Assembly (NCBI GenBank): GCA_965224485.1
Contig: CBDCZH010000008.1
Location: forward strand, 1-33,356
DNA length: 33,356 bases
Direction: 5' to 3'
Origin: Arcobacteraceae bacterium
GTDB taxonomy: Bacteria; Campylobacterota; Campylobacteria; Campylobacterales; Arcobacteraceae
Positions 11,585-21,747 of the stretch are shown here, piece by piece. Position numbers and translations under genes: made by a program. How positions within the stretch are numbered: the first letter of the stretch is position 1; each line of letters starts with the position of its first letter. Under the pieces are notes generated by a model that was not told where the DNA came from, searched no databases, and saw only the letters and a program-made list of their open reading frames with translations.

Positions 11585-12478
11585 TTGCTAGATCCAGTTT
11601 TACCAATAGCACTATATTTAGCTTTTGGATATTTTTTCAAAGTATTTAAAAAAGACCACTCTGCTGCATTAGTAGATTTTGTCATATATTTTGCACTTCC
11701 AGCAATGATATTTATAAAAATTTATCCTCTTAAATTAGATTTAGAAATTTTAAATCTTATTTTTATGTTTAATACAATCATTTTACTAAATCTTGTTCTA
11801 ATGTTTTACTTAGGAAAGTTATTTAAATTTGATAAAAAAACTTTGGCAACTTTTATTGTAGTTGGAACTTTTGGGAATACTTCTTTTATAGGTTTTTCAT
11901 ATATAGACGCTTTTTATGGAGAGAACTATGTTGTTTACGCTTTAATATATGATTTATTTGGTTCATTTTTACTAGTAGTTTCTTTAGGAACTTTTATAAT
12001 TAACTGGGGAAGTGGTGAACATATTAATATAAAAGCCATAGGAAAAAAAGTTATTTTCTTTCCACCTATTATTATGTTTTTTATAACACTGTTTTTAAAG
12101 TTTTTTACAATTCCTATTTTTATACATAATACGGCTGAAGTTATTGGAAATACTTTAGTGCCACTTGCCATGATTGCAATAGGAATGAAACTAGAACTTA
12201 AAAATATTTTTTATAAATTTACAACAACAACTCTACTTTTATGTACAAAAATGATTGTAGTTCCAATACTAGTAATGATTTTATTTTCATTCTTTTATAA
12301 TCTAAATGATACCTGGAGCAAGGTAACTATTTTAGAAGTAGCAATGCCACCTATGACAACAGCAGTAATTTTAGCAATTCAAGGTGGATTAGATGAGAAA
12401 CTAGCGATTAATGCCCTTGTGCTTGGAGTTTTATTCTCCTTAGTATCTGTAACGGGGTTTTATCTTTATCTGGGATAA
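11585..12478 (+). CDS. AEC (auxin efflux carrier) family transporter
   Basis: Multi-TM protein with FALPAMIF, FGNTSFIG, PLAMIAIG and EVAMPP motifs; TTG start after AAAGGA. Confidence 0.88.
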   Translation: MLDPVLPIALYLAFGYFFKVFKKDHSAALVDFVIYFALPAMIFIKIYPLKLDLEILNLIFMFNTIILLNLVLMFYLGKLFKFDKKTLATFIVVGTFGNTSFIGFSYIDAFYGENYVVYALIYDLFGSFLLVVSLGTFIINWGSGEHINIKAIGKKVIFFPPIIMFFITLFLKFFTIPIFIHNTAEVIGNTLVPLAMIAIGMKLELKNIFYKFTTTTLLLCTKMIVVPILVMILFSFFYNLNDTWSKVTILEVAMPPMTTAVILAIQGGLDEKLAINALVLGVLFSLVSVTGFYLYLG

Positions 12479-12480
12479 AG

Positions 12481-12598
12481 ATAATGAATAATGAATAATG
12501 AATAATGAAAGTGTGACAAGTTTTATTTAAACAAAACTTAAATAAAATTAACGAAAGTGAATTTTAAAATTATTCACTATTCATTATTAATTATTCAT
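12481..12598. repeat. Intergenic palindromic element with heptamer arms
   Basis: (ATAATGA)x4 at 12481-12508; internal perfect IR TTTTATTTAA/TTAAATAAAA (12521-12530/12538-12547); degenerate reverse-complement heptamers TATTCAC TATTCAT TATTAAT TATTCAT at 12571-12598. Confidence 0.75.
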
Positions 12599-13515
12599 TC
12601 TATTAAATCTTTCAGATTTAATCGTTTCCCTCTTATATAATCACCAGCATTTACTGCTTTTTTAGATGGTGCTTGTAAAGTTTTGATTTTTAGACTTCCT
12701 TTTTTACATCCTATAATTACATAATCTTTTGCAATATCTAGGATTTCACCTTCTTTGTTTTCTGAGTTTTCATCTATTAAACTTATTTCTTTTAATTTTA
12801 GCCCTGAATTTAAAAATACACCTGGCCAAAAAGAGTAAGCTTTATATGTTTGGTATAGTTTTTTAGCATCACTAAAACTAACTTCTCCATGATCTTTTTT
12901 AATTTTTTTACAAAGTGAACTTAAAGAATTATTTTGTTTTTTAGGTTTTATATTTGAAAAATTATCTAAGGTATCAAGAGTTAAACTTGCTGCTATTTTA
13001 GCTAAAGAATCAAAAACTTCTTCTACTTCCATAGAAGCTTGTAGCTTTAAATATTTAAAACCTAAGATATCACCAGTATCTAAACCCTCTTCCATTAACA
13101 TTGAAGTTACACCTGTATATATATCATCATTTAAGATAGCTTCTTGGATAGGAGAAGCACCTCTATATTTTGGCAATAATGAAGCATGCAGATTAATACA
13201 AGGAGCAAGATCAAGAATCTCTTTTGGCAAAATCTGACCATAAGCAGCTACAATTATAAAATCAAATTCAAGCTTTTTTATTTCTTCTAAGATTTCGGGG
13301 TTATTTCTTAATTTCAAAGGCTGAAAGATTGGAATACTTATATTATTATCTAGGCAAAACTGCTTAATATGAGGAGCACTTAGTATCTGTTTTCTACCTA
13401 CTTTTTTATCCCCTTGGGTAAATAGAGCCACAAGTTCATAAGGGCTATTAAGTAAAACTTCAAAAATTTGCGTTGCATAAGAGGGTGTACCCATAAAAAG
13501 GATTTTTTTAGACAT
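12595..13515 (-). CDS. fmt: Methionyl-tRNA formyltransferase
   Basis: FMGTP, VAAYGQILP, INLHASLLPKYRGASPI and GLDTGDI motifs. Confidence 0.96.
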   Translation of the reverse strand: MSKKILFMGTPSYATQIFEVLLNSPYELVALFTQGDKKVGRKQILSAPHIKQFCLDNNISIPIFQPLKLRNNPEILEEIKKLEFDFIIVAAYGQILPKEILDLAPCINLHASLLPKYRGASPIQEAILNDDIYTGVTSMLMEEGLDTGDILGFKYLKLQASMEVEEVFDSLAKIAASLTLDTLDNFSNIKPKKQNNSLSSLCKKIKKDHGEVSFSDAKKLYQTYKAYSFWPGVFLNSGLKLKEISLIDENSENKEGEILDIAKDYVIIGCKKGSLKIKTLQAPSKKAVNAGDYIRGKRLNLKDLIE

Positions 13516-13523
13516 TTTATACC

Positions 13524-14288
13524 TTATTTTTTAAATAGTGTTCCAGTAGTATGATTTCCATCAAATAGATATTCATAAGAAGCTTTTAAATCAAAGCCTG
13601 AGCTTAAATACATAGGTATATTTCTTTTCATTAAAAAGTTAGCAGCTTTTAATTTTGTAACAATTCCACCTGTTGCAAATTCTGAGTTTGCTGAATGTTT
13701 CATTTCTAAATATTCTTCTTTAATAAAATTAACATTCTTATAAGCTTTTGAGTTTTTATTTGTATGAGGGTTGCTATCATAATAAGCATCAACATCACTT
13801 AAAATAACTAAAAGATCTGCCTTAAAAAAATACGCACAATGAGCACCTAATTGGTCATTATCACCAAATAACAACTCTTCATTTGCAATAACATCATTTT
13901 CATTTATAATAGGAATAATTTTATTTTTCAATAAAATTTCCATTATTTGTATTGCATTTTTACTTCTTTTTATTGAATCAAAATCTTCAGCAACTAAAAG
14001 TATTTGAGCACATTTAATATTATGATCAGCAAATCTTTTTTTATAATGTTTCATAAGTAAGGGTTGCCCAATAGCTGCTAGGGCCTGTCTATTTAAGATA
14101 TTTGTTCTATCTAAATCTAAAGTAGTATTACCAGCAGCTACTGCACCAGAACTCACTAAAATTATTTCATAATCTTTTTCATTTTTAAGTTTTGATATTA
14201 GGTCAACTAAATTATTTAATCTTTGAAGTGCTAAATTTGAACCTTCTCGTAATACTGCACTTCCTACTTTTATTACGATTCTTTTCAC
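13524..14288 (-). CDS. proB: Glutamate 5-kinase (no PUA domain)
   Basis: [30 protein letters not shown] and TGGIVTKL motifs. Confidence 0.95.
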   Translation of the reverse strand: MKRIVIKVGSAVLREGSNLALQRLNNLVDLISKLKNEKDYEIILVSSGAVAAGNTTLDLDRTNILNRQALAAIGQPLLMKHYKKRFADHNIKCAQILLVAEDFDSIKRSKNAIQIMEILLKNKIIPIINENDVIANEELLFGDNDQLGAHCAYFFKADLLVILSDVDAYYDSNPHTNKNSKAYKNVNFIKEEYLEMKHSANSEFATGGIVTKLKAANFLMKRNIPMYLSSGFDLKASYEYLFDGNHTTGTLFKK

Positions 14289-15376
14289 TTGTCTAAACCA
14301 ATTAATTCATATAAAGCATATGTAACTGCTTTTTCATTAAATCTTGTAATTGCTGAAAGAGGAATTACGAAAAATGGTTTATTATCATCATATCTATTAA
14401 ACGTTAAGTCTTGAGCATAATATGGTAGTTTATCATCTATTCCAAACTCATTTGAGCTTGAAGCTTCTAAATCAATATCTTTTAGAAAAGCATTTATCTC
14501 TGCTTCTAAGTCTTCACCATAATAAGCATCCGTTTTACTTAAAGCAATTGCATATTTTCTACCAGCTAAATCATTTGAGAATTTTTTAAGCTCTTCTTTT
14601 AAAACTGCATACTGCTCACTTGTAGTTCTATAATTAGCAATATCAATCATAAAAAGTAAAGTTTTAGTTCTTTCAATATGTCTTAAAAACTCTAGACCTA
14701 AACCTCTTCCTTCACTTGCCCCATCAATAATTCCAGGAATATCAGCCATTACAAAAGAGTTATAATCTCCAACTTCAACCACACCTAATTTTGGCGTTAA
14801 AGTAGTAAACTCATAGTTTGCAATTTCTGGAACTGCATTTGATGTTATTGAAATTAACGTAGATTTCCCTACATTTGGATATCCAACTAAACCAACATCT
14901 GCAATAAGTTTAAGCTCTAAACGTATATTTCTTGTAGTTCCAGGAAGGCCTGGTTGAAAATATGTTGGTCTTTGATTTCTTGAATTTTTAAAGTGAGTAT
15001 TTCCTAAACCACCTTTTCCACCTTCAATAAACAATTCTCTTTGACCTTCAACTAATAAATCATGAATTAATTCACCAGTATCATCATCAAATACTTGAGT
15101 TCCTGAAGGAACTATTAAAACATAATCAATAGCAGATTTTCCAGTCATACGGGAAGTCATACCTTGTTTACCATTATCAGCTTTTAAAACTCTTCGTCCT
15201 TTATACCAAGATAAAGTATCAGTATTGTTATCTACTAAAAAGTAAACATCTCCACCTTTACCTCCATCTCCACCATCTGGACCACCTTTAACAACAAACT
15301 TCTCTCGTCTAAAAGAAGAACAACCTTGTCCACCTTTTCCTGAAGTAACACTAAACTTAACACTATCTATAAACAT
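14285..15376 (-). CDS. obgE: GTPase ObgE
   Basis: [32 protein letters not shown] and DIPG motifs. Confidence 0.97.
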   Translation of the reverse strand: MFIDSVKFSVTSGKGGQGCSSFRREKFVVKGGPDGGDGGKGGDVYFLVDNNTDTLSWYKGRRVLKADNGKQGMTSRMTGKSAIDYVLIVPSGTQVFDDDTGELIHDLLVEGQRELFIEGGKGGLGNTHFKNSRNQRPTYFQPGLPGTTRNIRLELKLIADVGLVGYPNVGKSTLISITSNAVPEIANYEFTTLTPKLGVVEVGDYNSFVMADIPGIIDGASEGRGLGLEFLRHIERTKTLLFMIDIANYRTTSEQYAVLKEELKKFSNDLAGRKYAIALSKTDAYYGEDLEAEINAFLKDIDLEASSSNEFGIDDKLPYYAQDLTFNRYDDNKPFFVIPLSAITRFNEKAVTYALYELIGLDK

Positions 15377-15458
15377 AATAACCTCTATTTAATTATAAAG
15401 TAAAAAATTAAAACCGCTAGTTTTAATTTTAACGCTCTTGAGTTTTTACTTTCTTAAT

Positions 15459-15494
15459 AAAAAAAGGGTGTAGGCAAAGCCATACACCCTTTTT
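15459..15494 (-). terminator. Intrinsic terminator after rpmA
   Basis: IR AAAAAGGGTGTA (15461-15472)/TACACCCTTTTT (15483-15494) with a U-tract on the minus strand. Confidence 0.85.
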
Positions 15495-15512
15495 AAAAAT
15501 CAATTCCAAAGC

Positions 15513-15767
15513 TTACGAAGCGTAAACTGAAACTTTCTTTCTATTTTTATCTTTAACTTCAAATTTAACAAACCCGTCAATTAAAGCAAAAATTGTGTGA
15601 TCTTTACCAATTCCAACATTAGAACCTACGTGTACTTTCGTACCTCTTTGTCTAATAATAATGTTTCCAGCTCTAACTTGCTCTCCACCATATTTCTTAA
15701 CACCAAGTCTTCTACCTGCTGAATCTCTATTATTCTGTGTACTTCCTTGACCTTTTTTGTGAGCCAT
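15513..15767 (-). CDS. rpmA: 50S ribosomal protein L27
   Basis: [24 protein letters not shown]. Confidence 0.98.
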   Translation of the reverse strand: MAHKKGQGSTQNNRDSAGRRLGVKKYGGEQVRAGNIIIRQRGTKVHVGSNVGIGKDHTIFALIDGFVKFEVKDKNRKKVSVYAS

Positions 15768-15777
15768 ATCTTATTCC

Positions 15778-16095
15778 TTACGCAGCGATTTTAGTAATTC
15801 TAATTTTAGTGAAGCTTTTTCTGAAACCTCTTTTTAACTTAGAATCTTTTCTTCTTCTTTTTTTGTAAATGATAACTTTTCTGTCTCTATTTACACCAGT
15901 ACCGTCTAAAACCACCTCAGCTTCTACTTTAGCAGAAGAGATAGCATCACCCATCTTTAGTTCACCATCGTTTATTGCTAAAACGTCAGTAATTTCTAAA
16001 GTTTCTTTAGCAGCTTTTCCAGTATAATCAATATCTAAGATATCACCCTCAGTTACTTTATACTGCTTACCACCACACTTAATAATTGCATACAT
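15778..16095 (-). CDS. rplU: 50S ribosomal protein L21
   Basis: [14 protein letters not shown] and [11 protein letters not shown]. Confidence 0.98.
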   Translation of the reverse strand: MYAIIKCGGKQYKVTEGDILDIDYTGKAAKETLEITDVLAINDGELKMGDAISSAKVEAEVVLDGTGVNRDRKVIIYKKRRRKDSKLKRGFRKSFTKIRITKIAA

Positions 16096-16150
16096 ATTTA
16101 ATCCTCTAACTTATCAATCTTTATAAATATATTTCTTCTAACGGGACGGA

Positions 16151-16173
16151 ATTGTATCTAACCTTACTTTAAA
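16151..16173 (-). promoter_or_regulatory. Putative sigma70 promoter of rplU-rpmA
   Basis: Minus strand TTTAAAGTAAGGTTAGA-TACAAT (-10 at 16151-16156) followed by a short GC-rich TCCGTCCCG segment. Confidence 0.55.
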
Positions 16174-16225
16174 CTTTCTTTAAGTCAAAGCTAAATTTAA
16201 TAAAATTTCATTTTTGTTAAAATTT

Positions 16226-16609
16226 CTAGTGATAATCATATGATGTAGCTATTGCATCCATCTCAACAAGTACGTTTTTAGGCAATGTTCTTACTGCTAC
16301 TGTTGACCTAACTGGTTTATGATCACCGAAGTATTGAGCGTATATAACATTAACAATTCCAAAATCATCCATGTTCTCTAAAAATATTGTAACTTTTATT
16401 ACTTCATCAAAAGAACTTTGTGCTGCTTCAAGAACATTTTTTAAGTTTTCTAAAACTTGTATTGTTTGTTTTTTAATATCACGTTCTACTAACTCACCCT
16501 CAGGAGTTAATGCTATTTGTCCTGAAGTATAAACTAATCCATTCGCTTTAATAGCTTGTGAGTATGGTCCAATTGCGGCAGGTGCATTTGTCGTATTTAT
16601 CATTTCCAT
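16226..16609 (-). CDS. ridA: RidA/YjgF/UK114 family enamine deaminase
   Basis: APAAIGPYSQA, YTSGQI and PVRSTVAV (catalytic Arg) motifs. Confidence 0.92.
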   Translation of the reverse strand: MEMINTTNAPAAIGPYSQAIKANGLVYTSGQIALTPEGELVERDIKKQTIQVLENLKNVLEAAQSSFDEVIKVTIFLENMDDFGIVNVIYAQYFGDHKPVRSTVAVRTLPKNVLVEMDAIATSYDYH

Positions 16610-16664
16610 ATTTTATCCTTCATATATAAAGTTAAATAATTATCGCTTAGTTTAACATAATTTC

Positions 16665-18308
16665 TTAAAAATTGTCTAAATCATATCTAATTAACTTGCC
16701 TTTTTTTAATTGATAAATACTATCTTTTATTTTTCTAATTAAAATAGTTTTTTCTCTGAAATTCATAGTGGTATTGTATAAAACAGTATTAAGTTTAAGT
16801 GTATAAAACTTCATTAATAAAACACGAATTTCACTATTTAGTCTTTCATCATCATAATCTTCAAGTTTTTCATTTAATAAAATAGAATTTAAACTTGGAT
16901 TATTTATATCTTGTGTCAAAAGTTCAAACTCATATTTATGAAATTCAAACATCGAAATATCAATTATGTCTAAAACTATTTGTAATCTATTATGATCTTC
17001 TAAAATAGCTTTTATTATGCATAACTCTGCTATATCTATTTTAGTTAAATTAGCACTTCTATTAATAACTGGACTATGTACTGTTTTAATTAGATTTTCT
17101 CTAATATTTAGTTTTTGAGCTAAATATCTTTTATACTCATCTTGAAAAATAGGAGTTAAAGTTTTTAAATATTCATTTGCTTCATTTAAAGCTTTTTGCT
17201 TTGAAGAAGGATCATTCAAATCATAATTTTGTATAATATAATCTAAAACAAAAGGAATAAAAGGCTGGGGTTTAGAAAAAATATTATTTAATTCTTCTAT
17301 CTTTCCATCTTTTACCATATCAGCTGGATCAACTCCATCATCAAAAATAATAACCCCACCTTCAAAATCAGAATGAGATAACATAGTAGCAGCTTTAAAA
17401 CCAGCCTTTAGTCCAGCTTTATCACCATCATAAGCTACTATTACTTTTGGTTCTCCTCTTTTTAACAAAGGAAGATGTTCTTTAGTTAGGGCTGTTCCTA
17501 ATGTAGCAACTGAGTTAGTAAAACCAGCTTGATGAAGCATAATTACATCTAAGTAACCCTCAGTTACTATTATTTCACTTTTTTTATAAACTGATTCTTT
17601 TGCTAAGTTATATCCATATAATAATCTTGATTTATTAAATACTTTTGTTTGAGGAGAGTTAACATACTTTGCATTATGTCCTGTGATTGTTCTTCCACCA
17701 AAACCTGCGATTTTACCATTAAGTGAATATATAGGAAAAGTAATTCGTTCTATAAATCTTGAGTATAAACCATTTGTTCCAGTATCAACAATACCTAATT
17801 CTTTTGCATTTGCTAAATTTATATAATTTGAGTTTAAAAAGTTTATAGTATCACCTGAAACAGGAGAATAACCAATTTCAAACTTTTCAACTGAGCTTTC
17901 AAAAATACCCCTACTTTTAATGTACTCTTTTGATTTACTATTTGAAACAAAAAGTTTTTGGTAAAATTTATTAACTTGCTCTAGGGGTTTTAAGTCTAAT
18001 CTTTTTTCATTTGTATTTTCGTAATCTAAATTAACATTACTCATCGAAGCTAGTTTTTCTAAGGTTTCAGGGTAGCTTAGTTTTTCGTATTCCATTACAA
18101 ACTTAATAGCATCACCACCAACACCACAACCAAAACAATGATATATTTGCTTAGAAGGGCTTACTACAAAAGAAGGTGTTTCTTCTCCATGAAAAGGACA
18201 ACAAGCTTTAAAATTAGCTCCTGCTTTTCTAAGTTCTATGAATTGAGATATAACATCTACTACATCTAATTGGTTTTTGAGATTTTCTATTGAATCTTTT
18301 GTAATCAT
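16665..18308 (-). CDS. dnaG: DNA primase (start revised to ATG 18308)
   Basis: CHC2 zinc finger (CPFH...CFGC), KYVNSPQT, EGYLDVI and YDGDKAG Toprim motifs. The ORF-track TTG at 18326 lies upstream of a TACAAT -10 box (18316-18321), favouring the MITKDSIENLK start. Confidence 0.95.
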   Translation of the reverse strand: MITKDSIENLKNQLDVVDVISQFIELRKAGANFKACCPFHGEETPSFVVSPSKQIYHCFGCGVGGDAIKFVMEYEKLSYPETLEKLASMSNVNLDYENTNEKRLDLKPLEQVNKFYQKLFVSNSKSKEYIKSRGIFESSVEKFEIGYSPVSGDTINFLNSNYINLANAKELGIVDTGTNGLYSRFIERITFPIYSLNGKIAGFGGRTITGHNAKYVNSPQTKVFNKSRLLYGYNLAKESVYKKSEIIVTEGYLDVIMLHQAGFTNSVATLGTALTKEHLPLLKRGEPKVIVAYDGDKAGLKAGFKAATMLSHSDFEGGVIIFDDGVDPADMVKDGKIEELNNIFSKPQPFIPFVLDYIIQNYDLNDPSSKQKALNEANEYLKTLTPIFQDEYKRYLAQKLNIRENLIKTVHSPVINRSANLTKIDIAELCIIKAILEDHNRLQIVLDIIDISMFEFHKYEFELLTQDINNPSLNSILLNEKLEDYDDERLNSEIRVLLMKFYTLKLNTVLYNTTMNFREKTILIRKIKDSIYQLKKGKLIRYDLDNF

Positions 18309-18401
18309 AAGGGCAATTGTAGCCAAAAATATTATGATATAAGATTTTTTCTTTTTTTATGTTAATATATCTCTTAATTTAAGAAATTAAGGGCAAACTA
18401 T

Positions 18402-19451
18402 TTGGATAATTTAGTTTTAGAGTATAGAGATCCACTTTTTGGACTCATGGCTTTTTTTGTATTAGTTTTTATAATATCTTTTTTAACTTACACTTTTAGT
18501 TCGTATAAAGAAAGAGTTGCAAGAAAAGAGTATAGAAAACTTTTAAGAAGATTTGAATTAGGTGATCTTAAAGATGAAGATTATGTGCATCTTTATAAAA
18601 CATACAATTTGTCATTTGATTCTATTTTACTAATAGCTTCTAGTTTTTTACAAAAAGGTGAATATAATAAAGCCATATCAGTATATCTATCATTATTAGA
18701 ACATGTAAAAGATAGGGTTAAAAAAGAAGAGTTATTTGAACTCTTAGGAAAGACCTATTATAAAGGTGGTTTTATGTTAAGATCACGTGATATTTTTTTA
18801 AAAATACTAAAATTCTCACCTAGAAATTCTTTTGCATTAAAATACTTATTATTAATATATGAAAAACTTCAAGAGTTTAAAAAAGCACAAGAAGTACTAA
18901 TAGCTTTAAACGAAATAGATGTAGATACAACAAAAGACAAGGTTTATATAGATACCTTGAATATTTTAAATGACCCTTTATTATCATATGATAAAAAAAC
19001 AACAATTTTATTTGAAATTTTTAATGAAAATAAAATTATTGAAAGATTATTTGTAGAATTTTTATTACTTTACAATAAAGAGTTCTTTTGGAAAAATTAT
19101 AAAAAATTTAAAATGGAACAAATAGCTGATTTGTTATGGTACTTAAACTTTGATGATATTGATTTTGATGCAGTTGCTAAAGATAAATATTTAAGTGAAG
19201 TATATAATGCAAAAGCATATATAAATACTATTGAACATAGTGATGATTTTGATTTTGATATTCTTATACTTTTAAATAAACATGAACATAAGGTAAATGC
19301 AGACCTAGATTTTGAATTTATTTGTAGCTCTTGTAGAAGAAATCATCCTATTTATGAAAATAGATGTCCTCACTGCCATAATATTTTAACATTTAAAATA
19401 AAACATACAATCACTAAGGGTTTAAGTGAAACAAATCAATCTTTACAGTGA
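18402..19451 (+). CDS. LapB/YciM-like TPR protein with C-terminal rubredoxin-like CxxC..CxxC
   Basis: N-terminal TM, TPR-like helices (GEYNKAISVYL, LGKTYYKGG) and CSSC...CPHC at the C-terminus. Confidence 0.75.
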   Translation: MDNLVLEYRDPLFGLMAFFVLVFIISFLTYTFSSYKERVARKEYRKLLRRFELGDLKDEDYVHLYKTYNLSFDSILLIASSFLQKGEYNKAISVYLSLLEHVKDRVKKEELFELLGKTYYKGGFMLRSRDIFLKILKFSPRNSFALKYLLLIYEKLQEFKKAQEVLIALNEIDVDTTKDKVYIDTLNILNDPLLSYDKKTTILFEIFNENKIIERLFVEFLLLYNKEFFWKNYKKFKMEQIADLLWYLNFDDIDFDAVAKDKYLSEVYNAKAYINTIEHSDDFDFDILILLNKHEHKVNADLDFEFICSSCRRNHPIYENRCPHCHNILTFKIKHTITKGLSETNQSLQ

Positions 19452-19860
19452 TGCTTTTTCATTAAAAAATCCAGGGCCAGGTGCTTGGGGTACAATTTTA
19501 GACTACAAGGGATCTTTAAAAGAGTTAAGTGGTGCAAATCCGATGACAACAAGTAATCAAATGCACTTAACAGGAATAATTGAGGGTTTAAAAGCTTTAA
19601 AGCAACCTTGCAATGTTCATATAAGTTCTACTTCAGAATATGTAATAGAAGCTGTAAAGGAATACCTAACTAAGTGGATTAAAAACTCTTGGAAGACGAA
19701 TGATAAAAAATCTATTCAACATATAGAATTATGGAAAGAATATATTAAAGCTTCAAAAAAGCATACAATAAAAGCAGAATATATAAAAAATCATACAAGT
19801 AATAAGCATAATGAAAGATGTGATATACTTGCAAGAGCGCAAATAGAAAAATTAAAATAA
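19426..19860 (+). CDS. rnhA: Ribonuclease HI homolog with degenerate active site
   Basis: [18 protein letters not shown] and NERCDILAR motifs; lies upstream of rnc. Positions equivalent to E. coli E48 and D70 are H47 and T69. Confidence 0.85.
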   Translation: MKQINLYSDAFSLKNPGPGAWGTILDYKGSLKELSGANPMTTSNQMHLTGIIEGLKALKQPCNVHISSTSEYVIEAVKEYLTKWIKNSWKTNDKKSIQHIELWKEYIKASKKHTIKAEYIKNHTSNKHNERCDILARAQIEKLK

Positions 19861-19871
19861 GGAAAACATTT

Positions 19872-20549
19872 ATGAGTGGTTATAGTAAATTAGAGAAGTG
19901 CCTGGATTATCAGTTTAAAGATGCAAATCTGATAATCGAAGCACTTACTCACAAAAGTTATAAAAAACCTTACAATAACGAAAGGTTAGAGTTTTTAGGA
20001 GATGCAGTTTTAAATCTCATTGTTGGAGAATATTTATTTAAAAAGTTTCCTAAGTCAAATGAAGGTGATTTATCAAAAATCAGAGCTTCATTGGTAAATG
20101 AAAGTGGTTTTACAAAACTAGCAAATGATATTAAATTAGGTGATTATATTTATATCTCAATTGCAGAAGAGCGAAATAAAGGTAGAAGCAAAGCTTCTAT
20201 TTTATCAGATGCTTTTGAGGCAATTATGGGAGCTATTTATTTAGAATCAGGTCTTGAGGTTTTAAAAGTAATTATATTAGCCCTACTTGAAAGTTCATAT
20301 GAAATAATAAATTTAGATGTTTTATTTTCTGATTATAAAACGGCCTTACAAGAGATAACACAAGCAGAATTTGGTTCAATTCCAGTATACAAAATCGAAG
20401 CTTCTTATGGACCTGATCATAAAAAAGAGTTTGAAGTATCTATTTGGATTAATGATAAAACTTATGGACAAGCAAGAGGAAAAAGTAAAAAACTAGCTCA
20501 ACAAGCAGTTGCTAAAATTGCTCTTAATGAATTAAAGGCAAAAGTGTAA
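19872..20549 (+). CDS. rnc: Ribonuclease III
   Basis: [12 protein letters not shown] signature and ds[11 protein letters not shown]. Confidence 0.97.
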   Translation: MSGYSKLEKCLDYQFKDANLIIEALTHKSYKKPYNNERLEFLGDAVLNLIVGEYLFKKFPKSNEGDLSKIRASLVNESGFTKLANDIKLGDYIYISIAEERNKGRSKASILSDAFEAIMGAIYLESGLEVLKVIILALLESSYEIINLDVLFSDYKTALQEITQAEFGSIPVYKIEASYGPDHKKEFEVSIWINDKTYGQARGKSKKLAQQAVAKIALNELKAKV

Positions 20550-21622
20550 TGAACACATTTGGAATAAAATTTAAATTTACAACTTTTGGTGAAAGCCATG
20601 GAAAAGCACTTGGTTGTGTAGTTGATGGAGTACCTGCTGGTATTTTTATAGACGAAAATTTTATAAAAGAAGAAATGAATAGAAGAAAACCTGGTAAAAA
20701 TAAATTTGCTACTTCTAGAAAAGAAGATGATAAAGTAGAAATACTCTCAGGTGTTTTTGAAAATCTTTCAACTGGAACTCCTATTTCTATGGTTATTTTT
20801 AATGAAAATCAAAAAAGTAGAGATTATGATAATGTAAAAGATTTATTTAGACCTGGACATGCTGATTTTACATACTTTCATAAATACGGTCTTAGAGATT
20901 ATAGAGGTGGAGGAAGAAGCTCTGCACGAGAAACAGCTGCAAGAGTAGCAGCTGGTGCTATTGCAAAATTATTATTAAAAGAATTAGGTATAAGTATCCA
21001 AAGTGGTATTACTTCAATTGAAAATATACAAGCTTCTTCACATGATTTTCAATTTGCTAAAACATCTGAAATTTTTTCTCTTGATAAGAATTGTGAAGAG
21101 AAACAAAAAGAAGCTATTTTAAAAGCAAAAAAAGCTCATAATAGTGTAGGAGGAGTTGCTTTAATAAATGTTAAAAATCTTCCTATTGGTTTAGGTGAAC
21201 CAATTTATTATAAACTAGATGCACAAATTGCTGCAGCTATGATGGGTATAAATGCAGTTAAAGCCGTTGAAATTGGAGATGGAATAGAATCTTCTAAAGT
21301 AAAAGGTGATGAAAACAATGACCAAATTAGTAAAGAAGGTTTTTTAAGTAATCATAGTGGTGGAATATTAGGTGGAATTTCTAATGGTGATGAAATTAAT
21401 GTAAAAGTTCACTTTAAAGCAACACCATCAATCTTTATACAACAAGATACTGTTACAACTACTAATGAAGAGGTAAACTGTGAACTTAAAGGTAGACATG
21501 ATCCTTGTGTTGCTATTAGAGGTTCAATTGTAGCAGAAGCTATGATGGCTCTTATATTAGCTGATATGTTAATATTAAATTTAAGTAGCAAACTTGAAAA
21601 TATTAAAAAGATTTACAACTAA
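20549..21622 (+). CDS. aroC: Chorismate synthase
   Basis: [23 protein letters not shown] and GRHDPC motifs. Confidence 0.97.
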   Translation: MNTFGIKFKFTTFGESHGKALGCVVDGVPAGIFIDENFIKEEMNRRKPGKNKFATSRKEDDKVEILSGVFENLSTGTPISMVIFNENQKSRDYDNVKDLFRPGHADFTYFHKYGLRDYRGGGRSSARETAARVAAGAIAKLLLKELGISIQSGITSIENIQASSHDFQFAKTSEIFSLDKNCEEKQKEAILKAKKAHNSVGGVALINVKNLPIGLGEPIYYKLDAQIAAAMMGINAVKAVEIGDGIESSKVKGDENNDQISKEGFLSNHSGGILGGISNGDEINVKVHFKATPSIFIQQDTVTTTNEEVNCELKGRHDPCVAIRGSIVAEAMMALILADMLILNLSSKLENIKKIYN

Positions 21623-21669
21623 TTAAAAAAATTTCATCTTATTTAAAGAAACTTTTTGTAAGATAACAA

Positions 21670-21729
21670 TTCCTTTACTTTGGGCAAGTTGAAAGGTGAA
21701 AAGCGAGAATTTATTCTCGCTTTTTTTTT
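21670..21729 (+). ncRNA. Candidate roughly 60-nt sRNA (or 3'UTR structure of aroC)
   Basis: Possible -10 TAAGAT at 21659-21664; hairpin CCTTTACTT/AAGT-TG-AAAGG (21672-21696) followed by a strong terminator. Confidence 0.35.
21699..21729 (+). terminator. Intrinsic terminator between the convergent aroC and NifX-like genes
   Basis: AAAAGCGAGAAT-TT-ATTCTCGCTTTT perfect IR with a T9 tract (21721-21729). Confidence 0.9.
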
Positions 21730-21747
21730 GCTCTAGTTTTCTTCTAC

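Noticed and set aside
12480..12508. Fur-box-like GATAATGA array or CRISPR-like repeat
   Set aside because: Period is 7 with no inverted ATTATC half, it lies between two gene ends, and it has no spacers or cas genes.
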